Positions 1 through 9,248 of a stretch of 64,000 bases of DNA are shown here, piece after piece. The DNA is taken from IMG/VR virus record IMGVR_UViG_2770939586_000001; one strand, given 5' to 3'. Under the pieces are notes generated by a model that saw only the letters and a program-made list of their open reading frames with translations, had not been told where the DNA came from and ran no database searches. A program made the translations under genes and the position numbers. The stretch comes from a virus. Taxonomy: Duplodnaviria > Caudoviricetes. The first letter of the stretch is position 1. Each line of letters starts with the position of its first letter.

Positions 1-30
1 GGCGATTGAAACTTTCAAGGGGTGATATGT

Positions 31-3000
31 ATGCAGCCGATTTCAGATGAGTTTAGAAAGCTTATTAAGAATCATGTCAAAGTCGGACCGCATGAAATGC
101 CTGTGTGTATAGTAGAAGTAGACCGAATGGTATTTGTACCGGGGCGTGTAGAGGAGATTCAGTATCTCGTTGGTGATCCAAACGTAAAGACGGTGCAGGA
201 TAGTAGTATCATAGGAGAAGGAGAAACGATTCCGACAGATGGAATTGTGTTTCCGGTGAAAGGAAAAACACTTGCGGATGTAGGATCGAAGTTCGGGATG
301 CGATTACATCCGATTGACCATGTATGGAAAATGCATACAGGGGTAGATATTGGTGCTCCACAAGGTACACCAATTCTAGCAGCGTGGGGTGGAACGGTCA
401 AAAAAGCCGGATGGCAAAATGGCTATGGTAATACAGTAATAATCGATCATGGGCATGGATATTATACACGTTATGGTCATATGTGTGATAACTGCATCAA
501 TGTAAAAGAGGGAACCATTGTGAAATCTGGGCAGGAAATTGGTGCGGTCGGGAGTACTGGAAAGTCGACGAAACCGCATCTTCACTTTGAAGTACTGTAT
601 AAAGGAGTAGACCCAGCTACTAGCTATGCCCGTGACCCGTTGCCATACCTGCAAAAGAAGCAGACCGTTCCTGCACCCGTGCAGAACACAGGACCTGATG
701 TTGTGACACAAACGCCTATTACGTTTAGTTTAGGGGCGATGGCTTTTTCAGCAACGTTTGATTTATCTAAATGGGCGAGTATGCCGGAGTTGAAACTCCC
801 TGGTAAAGAAGACTTTTATTTTAAGGGTTTAAATCCAAAAGTAACGGGTATTCCGGTTATTTACTTTGAATTTGATCCAGCAAAAATGCTGGAGGAGGGG
901 CTAAGCACCGCAGTTGGTCGTCCGTTGATACTGAATCTTGATTTAGAGAAACGCGCACTACTTGATGTGTCATTTCTCACAAATTTTGTTTCAGACTCAG
1001 GTGATTCTTTTTCTATCATGGTTAACGGAGTAACAAAAGCTGTTTTGAAAAAGTTTAAGCCGGGAGCGACCGTGGATCGGTTATCAGATATTTTATTGGA
1101 AGCGGGGAAGACAGAAATACAGTTCGTAGTATATTGGCATGGTCCTTCTCATCCACAAGACAAAGTTTTGAAACGGTTCGGTTTCAAGTCGATTAATGTA
1201 CGCTACGTGAATGAAATTGTTGGTCAGTCTCAATCTCAATCAGAATCAGACGATCCAACCTTGATTGCTCGTTCGTTAGCCAACGTATTTAACCCTACGC
1301 GGCGGGAGAAAATCTCGCTTCCGGTCGGTGATTTCGTGCCAGCAGAAACGATTCGATTGGATAATGTGAAAGAAGTAGAAATCGATGACAAATTCGAGAT
1401 GGAAGCAGCAGAGGCGAGAATTATCATGTCGAATCCAAAAGGCTTTTATTCGTCTACGTATGATACAGGTTTATTCCCAGAGCTTCGCTATGAAACACCA
1501 TTTTCCTATACGGCTAATGGTGTTCACATGGGACTACTGTCTGAGAATACACCGATTCGTATTCATATGGGATATGGTCGGCACACAATACGAGTGTTTA
1601 CCGGGCTGATTGATAAAGTAGATAGTAATAGCGAGGAAGAAACGATTACCATAACATGCCGGAACATGTACAAGCGGTTGATCGAAAAGGTTGTTACAGA
1701 GGATTTGGAATATGGCTATTCAGCGAGCGATGCATCTGTTGCGAATGTAGCGGCAGCGTTGAATGATGGTACGGATGTTGATAATTTATCGCGACTGAAA
1801 AAAATCATTTACTACGCTCAAAAGTGGGCTAAGCATTATGGTGTGGACCCGATTGTGATTCTGGCTGTTGCTCAAAAGGAAACAGAACTTGGTACAACAG
1901 GTGCAGGTCGGGAGGTTGGGGGAGATTACATCTGTGGATATGGAGTGCCGAGTAAAACAAAAAAACTTCCGCAATTCGCAGGAATCGAAGCTCAATGCAA
2001 AGCGGTTGCCGAACGTATGAAAAAGGTGTGCGGTACAGGAGAAGTTACTCGCGAGTACATCAGGAAACTTTGGATATCGTATGAAAATGGCGATCCTACA
2101 TGGACACCAGATGTGTGGAGTATTTATCAAAAAATGAAGGGAGATGCTCAATTCACAGAAGCAGTGTTCAAGGCAGACTCCGCACCTGTCCCGAGTGGGA
2201 ACACGTCTAATTTATCTGTTAATATCAAGCAGAATTTGTTACGTATGAATCCAAAATCTCGTTCAGGGAAAAAGTTAAAAGGAGTAAAAGGCATTGTTCT
2301 TCACTACACGGCAGGTCCTGGACAAAGCGCCGAGCAAATTCGTAACTACTTCAATAATATTTCAGACCGTTACGCATCTGCTAATTATGTAGTAGATGAT
2401 TCAACTATTGTACAATGCATCCCAGATGATGAGGAGGCTTATCATTGCGGTGCTGAACATTATCAACCAGGTGTGACGGATGCTTTGGGCAATCACCCGA
2501 ATGAAACCACACTCGGTATCGAGATGTGTGTAGATAGCAACAATCAAATTACAGCAGCGACATATCAGAACGCAGTCAACTTGACAGCCTATTTGTGCAA
2601 AAAATACGGCCTAACAGCAGGACAACTATGGCGACATCATGATATTACGGGAAAAGATTGTCCGGCACCATGGGTAGACGATCCGTCGAAATGGGAGAAG
2701 TTTAAAAAAGATGTAGCCGCAAAACTGGATGGACAAGGTGTGACGACTGTTTCGGCACAGGAAGCAGCTGGGTTATCATCGTATTGGTTGAAGTCAGCTA
2801 TTTTACAGGACTTGATTCGTGTCGGCGGCCTTGTTGGTTGGAGAAAGCAATATGAAGATCGAATATATCCTGATTCTATCATCGAAGAAACATATTACAT
2901 CGATGTGAAACCAGAAAAACGAATGGTGGTCAAGGCGAATCCGGCAGAGAATGGGGAATATACTTTCTCAGAAATTCCACTTACTACCATCAAGACGATA

Positions 3001-3645
3001 GATGGATGGAAGAACGGGCTATATCAGCTCCCAACTACATTTTCGGCGTTCAAATACAAGGTGAATGAATGTATCCGTGAAATCACGAAGGACACAAACT
3101 ATCGGACATGGTGTGACCGATATGGAACATTCCGAGCAGAGCCTGTTGAGTATGATTCTCCAGTGGTGGAACGTTTTACAGACATGGAGAATCTATGTGC
3201 GGTCAGTTCTTCAATCGATTACTCACGGGCGAGGTCGCATGTGATTGTAGTAGATGGGACAGGTAAGGCGCGGCATTACATTGACCCAGAGATTCTGCTC
3301 GAGCTGAAAGGAGAGTTGCGCAGCGCAGTATTAGAAGTGTCGTGGGCTAAGACTGATGAACAAAAAGACGAAGATGCACGCCGTGTATTCTGGGATATGA
3401 AACGTATGTGCCGCACACTACAAGTCTCGATCCCAGCGCATCCTCATTTGGACGTACTCGATTGTATTCATATATCTGATGTACGAACATGTACACGGGG
3501 TGACTTTACGATAAAGGGGATTCATACTACGTTTAAAGAAGGTGCGGAGTTTACGCAGACACTTGACCTTACTTGGATGGAAACAAATGAGATGATAACA
3601 AAAAATAATGCGAGATTGATCGCGAGTGAAGCGAAGCAGGCGTAA
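31..3645 (+). CDS. Baseplate hub/tail-associated lysin with M23 peptidase, lysozyme/SLT-like and Amidase_2 domains
   Basis: M23 motifs HTGVD and PHLHFEV; SLT-like AKHYGVDPIVILAVAQKET; amidase IVLHYTA...GIEMC...HHDITGKDCP; hub-like RIHMGY...VFTGLIDKV and C-terminal PHLDVLDCIHISD...FTIKGIHTTF. Start moved to ATG 31. Confidence 0.8.
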   Translation: MQPISDEFRKLIKNHVKVGPHEMPVCIVEVDRMVFVPGRVEEIQYLVGDPNVKTVQDSSIIGEGETIPTDGIVFPVKGKTLADVGSKFGMRLHPIDHVWKMHTGVDIGAPQGTPILAAWGGTVKKAGWQNGYGNTVIIDHGHGYYTRYGHMCDNCINVKEGTIVKSGQEIGAVGSTGKSTKPHLHFEVLYKGVDPATSYARDPLPYLQKKQTVPAPVQNTGPDVVTQTPITFSLGAMAFSATFDLSKWASMPELKLPGKEDFYFKGLNPKVTGIPVIYFEFDPAKMLEEGLSTAVGRPLILNLDLEKRALLDVSFLTNFVSDSGDSFSIMVNGVTKAVLKKFKPGATVDRLSDILLEAGKTEIQFVVYWHGPSHPQDKVLKRFGFKSINVRYVNEIVGQSQSQSESDDPTLIARSLANVFNPTRREKISLPVGDFVPAETIRLDNVKEVEIDDKFEMEAAEARIIMSNPKGFYSSTYDTGLFPELRYETPFSYTANGVHMGLLSENTPIRIHMGYGRHTIRVFTGLIDKVDSNSEEETITITCRNMYKRLIEKVVTEDLEYGYSASDASVANVAAALNDGTDVDNLSRLKKIIYYAQKWAKHYGVDPIVILAVAQKETELGTTGAGREVGGDYICGYGVPSKTKKLPQFAGIEAQCKAVAERMKKVCGTGEVTREYIRKLWISYENGDPTWTPDVWSIYQKMKGDAQFTEAVFKADSAPVPSGNTSNLSVNIKQNLLRMNPKSRSGKKLKGVKGIVLHYTAGPGQSAEQIRNYFNNISDRYASANYVVDDSTIVQCIPDDEEAYHCGAEHYQPGVTDALGNHPNETTLGIEMCVDSNNQITAATYQNAVNLTAYLCKKYGLTAGQLWRHHDITGKDCPAPWVDDPSKWEKFKKDVAAKLDGQGVTTVSAQEAAGLSSYWLKSAILQDLIRVGGLVGWRKQYEDRIYPDSIIEETYYIDVKPEKRMVVKANPAENGEYTFSEIPLTTIKTIDGWKNGLYQLPTTFSAFKYKVNECIREITKDTNYRTWCDRYGTFRAEPVEYDSPVVERFTDMENLCAVSSSIDYSRARSHVIVVDGTGKARHYIDPEILLELKGELRSAVLEVSWAKTDEQKDEDARRVFWDMKRMCRTLQVSIPAHPHLDVLDCIHISDVRTCTRGDFTIKGIHTTFKEGAEFTQTLDLTWMETNEMITKNNARLIASEAKQA

Positions 3646-3663
3646 CATAGCGTCTGCTTTTTT
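3634..3663 (+). terminator. Intrinsic terminator
   Basis: AAGCAGGCG/CGTCTGCTT stem followed by a T-run. Confidence 0.6.
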
Positions 3664-3690
3664 GTATATTCTACTTTCGAGGTGGTATTT

Positions 3691-4137
3691 GTGGCCGGTA
3701 TTGTGAATGACTATCTGATTTATCCTGTCCTTGATCTAATCAAAGCAGGGGTTAAAGATGCGATGTCCAACGTAAAAGATGCTGAAGATGGCATTGACTT
3801 TTTTAACGGTATCCCATCGGTTGAGTTAATTCGGGACCATCCAAATGATTCATCCAAGACGTTTCTTACACAAGTCATTCAGACGTATGAAAATGGATAT
3901 GTGATGAGTGTGCGATTACTTTATGGAGACGACAGTTCACCGTATCACAAATGGCGATTAAGCGGAGTAATATCGAGTCTGATGAATGAAGAGGGAGAAT
4001 TAGTTCTTCAACATGAGCTTGTGTTGCTTTATGGAGAAAGAAACGAAGTGAAGTTTGCAGACGTTACGTGTTTGTATGGTCCTGATGACTGGGAAGATGA
4101 AGGAGAGGATATGATTGACGAAGAGACAGATTATTAA
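3691..4137 (+). CDS. Phage structural-module hypothetical protein
   Basis: ORF with RBS GAGGTGG inside the tail module. Confidence 0.6.
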   Translation: MAGIVNDYLIYPVLDLIKAGVKDAMSNVKDAEDGIDFFNGIPSVELIRDHPNDSSKTFLTQVIQTYENGYVMSVRLLYGDDSSPYHKWRLSGVISSLMNEEGELVLQHELVLLYGERNEVKFADVTCLYGPDDWEDEGEDMIDEETDY

Positions 4138-4528
4138 CGCGAATAGCCAATTTACGGTAGCTGAACTTAGTGGTGGTCGATTAAGCTGGCCGTTCTTTCC
4201 ATCGAAAATAAAGCCGTTTGTAAAAGGTTTTTGCTTGGAAGTTCCGGGAATCAGCGGTGTACATCGCATGACATACTCGCCGCCGATGGATGCGGAGCTG
4301 TTAAGTGTCGCGGTAGGAGCGAGTAGGTATGACTCGAAAGACAACTGGAGTGTAGAGATTAACGGAGAGCGGTTTATTGAGAGTATATATACAAAGGACT
4401 TGCCAGAAGGAATGTATCTAATGGTTGTAAAACCAGTGTTGACCGGAGATGAAATGAAATTCGTGTTTGATAATCAAAGCGGTGAGCCGAAAGAAGTCTG
4501 GTTCAATTACCAGTTTCTGATCGACTAG
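4115..4528 (+). CDS. Putative virion structural protein (beta-sandwich-like)
   Basis: 137-aa ORF overlapping the upstream gene in the tail module. Confidence 0.6.
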   Translation: MTKRQIINANSQFTVAELSGGRLSWPFFPSKIKPFVKGFCLEVPGISGVHRMTYSPPMDAELLSVAVGASRYDSKDNWSVEINGERFIESIYTKDLPEGMYLMVVKPVLTGDEMKFVFDNQSGEPKEVWFNYQFLID

Positions 4529-4536
4529 GTGATCAC

Positions 4537-5814
4537 ATGACGGTGAAATGGCTTGATTTTTATGTAAGAGATGCTGATTTTGGACAAAGGCTTGCGGAAG
4601 AGTTGAAAAGTAAGGGTTGGCAGGTGTTTGAATTTTATCAGATCGTGTACGACTTCCCGATTGATGCACCGCCGGATGAAGCACTTGTACAGGTGGCGCG
4701 ACACTATGTATTTCGGAACGCCGCAGGTGCTTATGTTGGAGTAGCTTATACAGGTAGCGTAACAGTAGGTGTTCCAGTAGATGATGAGGGGATAGTAGAT
4801 TTACTACTTTTCGCAGAAGTATGTCGTGCTGCTGATACGAAAGAATTCGAATGGTATACGTATATGCTCGATGACTTTGAATGGGCGGAGCAAGAAGCAA
4901 CGTTTATCGAATCGGGTGACTTTCTACAACGTGTTCTTGATGTTTCCTCATCAGGGGGGATTCACCAATCCTATATCGCACACATCGGATATAAGGACAT
5001 TGATTCGATACCGGAAGTACAGTCGTATAATACTGCGTATAAAGTAAAAGATACAAAGACTAACTGGTGGCCAGATAGTGAGATTCACGTTATCGGCCAT
5101 TGTACAGATTTACACTTTTTTATACTGCTGCAATATGATGTATCGCCAAAATGGACAGATATGCACTTTCCGTATGTACCACTTTTTTTCGGTAACTTTG
5201 TATTAGCCAGCAAGAAGAAATTACCGAAGGGGTGGAGAGGAAATGTGGCGCTGTTTACCGGATCATGTCGTGTTACCCCAAAAGATTCAATTGTTCCAGT
5301 GGATCAAATACTGTTATCAGATCGTGGTGATGGAATCACAAGTGTAATTGTCAAAGAAAGTATTGATGGCTACTATTATAAAGCACATTACCTGGAATGG
5401 TTTCGTATACCTGAAATATCGCCTCCACATGATGAAATAACGTATAATGAATATAGGAAGGCGATTGATCACGAATCGTATCCTTATCATTTTGAACCGA
5501 ATCCATCAAAGTATGATGAGCATACGCAAACATCGCCGCTGTATATTTTTGATAAGGATAAAGGTGTATACGGGCACCCGCCAGATGTAGTAGTAGTGTC
5601 ACCGATAACAGGGATGACGAATGGAAAGAAACTGCTTGCAGAACATCCGTGTCGAAAGGATAGTCCTGGTGTGTACCAGTATCAAGTTATCGATGCGCCA
5701 CATACGCCGCTAGTAAGACCGTTGGATAATGGAGAGATGTATCCGCAGTACGTAGGGATTGGATTGTTGCGAAAGGGGACAACGTTCCATTCGCGTAGTG
5801 ACATGACAATGTGA
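4537..5814 (+). CDS. Putative tail/baseplate protein, paralog 1
   Basis: Shares DTKTNWWxDSEI, VPL(F/Y)FG and PSxY motifs with the next two genes. Confidence 0.65.
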   Translation: MTVKWLDFYVRDADFGQRLAEELKSKGWQVFEFYQIVYDFPIDAPPDEALVQVARHYVFRNAAGAYVGVAYTGSVTVGVPVDDEGIVDLLLFAEVCRAADTKEFEWYTYMLDDFEWAEQEATFIESGDFLQRVLDVSSSGGIHQSYIAHIGYKDIDSIPEVQSYNTAYKVKDTKTNWWPDSEIHVIGHCTDLHFFILLQYDVSPKWTDMHFPYVPLFFGNFVLASKKKLPKGWRGNVALFTGSCRVTPKDSIVPVDQILLSDRGDGITSVIVKESIDGYYYKAHYLEWFRIPEISPPHDEITYNEYRKAIDHESYPYHFEPNPSKYDEHTQTSPLYIFDKDKGVYGHPPDVVVVSPITGMTNGKKLLAEHPCRKDSPGVYQYQVIDAPHTPLVRPLDNGEMYPQYVGIGLLRKGTTFHSRSDMTM

Positions 5815-5826
5815 GGAGATGATAGG

Positions 5827-7422
5827 ATGCCACACTATGATACACATATGATGCCGGAATCAAAACGGTTGAAAGAGCCGTATTTTCAGGAGAGATTTAC
5901 GGAACTGATTACAGGATATGAAGGAAGTACATGGAAGCTGGAACGAGTATTTTACAAGGCTGTGTACGATTCATCGGCGCTACACGATGAGATAAATGCG
6001 AATAAACCAGATTCTGTTCCGGAACCACAAGCGCTTATTGATGTAGCGGTAGCAAAGCATTATGTGTTCAAAAACGAAAATTTGCCCAAGGCGTACTTTG
6101 GCATTGTGATCATTGGTTCGGTTTGCTACGAGTATGAAAAACTGAAAAAGGAAGGGCAGCTACCGAAAAACGACCTTGACAGTCCTGAAACAGCTGCATT
6201 CTTACAGATGGTTCAAGAGAAGATCGAATCACTTGAACCGTCACCTACAGATGACCCGCCAAAAGTAACGAAATTCTACGATGCGTCTACTATTTACTTT
6301 TATACCTGTGAGCATATGCCTTCTATCGAAAATGAAGGATGGAGCATCATGCCGTGGGATAACTGGCGGTACGGAACGGTAGATGCTGTTGATCGCCGAA
6401 CCATGAATAATGCCGCTGTTGATATCGAAGTCTGGAAAACGCAGTACAATGAGAATGCTGACTTTGTGATTCTGGAGCCAGAGCCATATTGTATGCAGTC
6501 TCCTATCGTAAAATCTACACTACGCTGGTCAGAGCCACCGCTAGAACGTAAATACAATCCATCCTATAAAATCGAGGACACAAAAACAAACTGGTGGTAT
6601 GATTCAGAGATTCGACTCACTGGGTTCATTGATAATTACAGTATGTTCTTTTCGCTTCAAGCTGATAATACGCCAGCATGGGAGGACAATGTTGTTCCGA
6701 AGGTTCCGCTATACTTTGGAGCATTTGAACCGTTGAAAAAAGAAGGAGAAAATGGAGAGCAAGTAGATTCTGAGCCGTTGGGAGATGTAACAGTTCTATT
6801 TGCTGGCGCGTTGCCATTAGTGGGAAAAAGCAAGGTGGAACAGTTCGAAAACATACCGAGATATGACTTTGATAACGATGACAAAAAGTACGTAACGCCG
6901 CCGATGTTCCCTATTCTGAAAAACTATGCAAGACATCCAGGGAATGGATTGAATAATTGTATCGTGCGAAAGGCGAAAGCGGGCGGGCGTTACGAAGGGT
7001 ACTACCTCTCCTTGGATACTGTACCAAATGAAATGCCGCCAAAACGTGCAGGTACGTACAGCACAGAGTTCAGTCGAGAGATGGAGCGCGGTTATCCACG
7101 AGCATGGCAGAACCACATGAATCCAGCGTATAACTACGAACATACACCATCACGTTATACGGATCGTGCGCATGTATCCAAAATCTACATTGACCATCCA
7201 GAGGAAGGAAAACGCGGTTTCTTACGTCATGCGATCGGATCGGTACCAGTTGGTAAGGTGGCGACACGGATTCGATTGGAGAAAGAACCATGTGCTGCGG
7301 TGGAGTCTGGTAATAAATACGACTATTTTAAAATGCATGTATTTGATGGACTTTCCCCTCTAACTGTACGACCAGGAACACCCTACCGTCCAGTTGGTGT
7401 AGGAATTAAGGATACGGAATAG
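5827..7422 (+). CDS. Putative tail/baseplate protein, paralog 2
   Basis: YKIEDTKTNWWYDSEI, VPLYFGAF, TPSRYTDR. Confidence 0.65.
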   Translation: MPHYDTHMMPESKRLKEPYFQERFTELITGYEGSTWKLERVFYKAVYDSSALHDEINANKPDSVPEPQALIDVAVAKHYVFKNENLPKAYFGIVIIGSVCYEYEKLKKEGQLPKNDLDSPETAAFLQMVQEKIESLEPSPTDDPPKVTKFYDASTIYFYTCEHMPSIENEGWSIMPWDNWRYGTVDAVDRRTMNNAAVDIEVWKTQYNENADFVILEPEPYCMQSPIVKSTLRWSEPPLERKYNPSYKIEDTKTNWWYDSEIRLTGFIDNYSMFFSLQADNTPAWEDNVVPKVPLYFGAFEPLKKEGENGEQVDSEPLGDVTVLFAGALPLVGKSKVEQFENIPRYDFDNDDKKYVTPPMFPILKNYARHPGNGLNNCIVRKAKAGGRYEGYYLSLDTVPNEMPPKRAGTYSTEFSREMERGYPRAWQNHMNPAYNYEHTPSRYTDRAHVSKIYIDHPEEGKRGFLRHAIGSVPVGKVATRIRLEKEPCAAVESGNKYDYFKMHVFDGLSPLTVRPGTPYRPVGVGIKDTE

Positions 7423-7439
7423 ATGGGAGATGTGAGGAG

Positions 7440-9230
7440 ATGTTTGTAAAAGAAAAGTTCCTTATGCAGTTGCTGCCGGACAACTTAGAGAGTCTGTTTA
7501 ATGATTGGGGATGGGAGACGATTTTTCGATATCGACTCCATTTCGACTCGGGCCCAGGTAAAAAGGCAAAGGATTATGCACGAGTTCATCTGTTTCGTTC
7601 AACAGGATCAGACGGGGTGATTCGTCACTTCGGAATGATTCATACCCATGGCCGAGAACCATTACCGGGGTTTGGACAAGAAGAAATTATTTCGCACACT
7701 TCCCCGCTTGGAGCGCTGAAAAGAGCGTTCGATGAAACGGGAGGTACATTGATTGATAAATTCTTTCTACCTGTCTATCCGATTACATTACCTTACGTAA
7801 AGGTATTCAATGAATCAGGTGTTCCGGTAGATCCGGCAGGGTACTATATTGAAAACGAAGAGGACCGCAAACGAGGAATTATCTCCATTATTGGAGGAAC
7901 TGAAGCATACAAAGTCACATACGGTATTGACCCTGATGCGCCGGATGTTCCGCGTAAAACATGGTTTTTCCTGCTAGATGAAGTGATTGTCAAGAAAGTA
8001 GATAAAGCAACAAAATCTGAATTTACCGATGTGGAGTTCAATCCAAAACAAGACCCGCAGTATGATGTTGATATGACAGCAATCAAATCATTTGACCCGG
8101 ATAATGGATATGAAGTGTTTGAAGCAGTCATTAATTCGTTCTTGCTGGACGATCCAGATTACGCAGAATCCATGTATTTTATTCGACTTCTCAATCCGTC
8201 ATTTCCCTCTACTGCAACGTATATTGACAAGTACGAAGCAGGATGGGGACGGGATACGGAAATTACGGTATGGGGAAACATTACAAAAAATCGCATTGCC
8301 TTGAATTTGCGTGTCGATCCAGCACCGGGACCTGAAAAGGCGTATTTTGTACCACTGTATATTGGAAAGCTCATTACAATGGGGAAATGGCCGCAACTAA
8401 ACAGTATACTAATTACTGGAACAACGGAGAAGGATGAGATTCGTGTTTTGTCACCGTCAAGCGGACTGACAGCAGATAAACTTTCTGTACGACCAAGCGC
8501 TCCAGCTCCAAAAGTTATTCAGGAACAAATAGGTGTGATTGATCATGGTGGGTGGGCATCCAATGGAAATGATAGCGTGATGCTACATCGTACCATCGGC
8601 GGAGCCAACTATCAGCGCCATGTGTTTCAATTTATCACATTCGATGATAAGGCGGCACCGGACCCGGAGCACAAATACAATCCATCTGCTTACACAGATC
8701 GTTATCACGTCTCTGCGATGGCAATTTCACACTGTAATGATGGAACAATCGGCGTGTTGGATGAAGTGTATGCGGTACACCCTAAAGGTATTGGACAGAG
8801 TGAAGAGCTTGAAATTGTAGAAGATGTTCACAATGAAATGGTCAGTATAGGGGACGGAGAGACGTACATTTTTCACCTGCGGCACGCCCCGATAGAGGGA
8901 ACGCTACGTCTGCGATTGGGGGCGATGCCGGGAGAAACGGAATGTACGGAGATATTGGATGGCGAGTATGCGATTTATACAGAGGAAGGTCTGAAACCTG
9001 ATGGTTCTCCTAACCCTGATAAAGACAAGGAATTGAAGATGATAAAGATTATTAGGAAAGAGAAAACGCCGAAGCTGGGACAGGTATTGTACGCAGATTA
9101 TAAGTTTGAACAGACGTACGTATTCAATCTGCCTACTACACCAATTACCCCGTTTCGTTTGCCAGATGTAACACCATACAATCCGATTGGATGGGCTTTG
9201 TTAAAATCAAATACGAAATTAACACCGTGA
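7440..9230 (+). CDS. Putative tail/baseplate protein, paralog 3
   Basis: WGRDTEI, FVPLYIG, NPSAYTDR; IGDGETYIFHL...PIEGTLRL baseplate-like insert. Confidence 0.65.
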   Translation: MFVKEKFLMQLLPDNLESLFNDWGWETIFRYRLHFDSGPGKKAKDYARVHLFRSTGSDGVIRHFGMIHTHGREPLPGFGQEEIISHTSPLGALKRAFDETGGTLIDKFFLPVYPITLPYVKVFNESGVPVDPAGYYIENEEDRKRGIISIIGGTEAYKVTYGIDPDAPDVPRKTWFFLLDEVIVKKVDKATKSEFTDVEFNPKQDPQYDVDMTAIKSFDPDNGYEVFEAVINSFLLDDPDYAESMYFIRLLNPSFPSTATYIDKYEAGWGRDTEITVWGNITKNRIALNLRVDPAPGPEKAYFVPLYIGKLITMGKWPQLNSILITGTTEKDEIRVLSPSSGLTADKLSVRPSAPAPKVIQEQIGVIDHGGWASNGNDSVMLHRTIGGANYQRHVFQFITFDDKAAPDPEHKYNPSAYTDRYHVSAMAISHCNDGTIGVLDEVYAVHPKGIGQSEELEIVEDVHNEMVSIGDGETYIFHLRHAPIEGTLRLRLGAMPGETECTEILDGEYAIYTEEGLKPDGSPNPDKDKELKMIKIIRKEKTPKLGQVLYADYKFEQTYVFNLPTTPITPFRLPDVTPYNPIGWALLKSNTKLTP

Positions 9231-9248
9231 TAGAAGGAGGGGGAGCTG

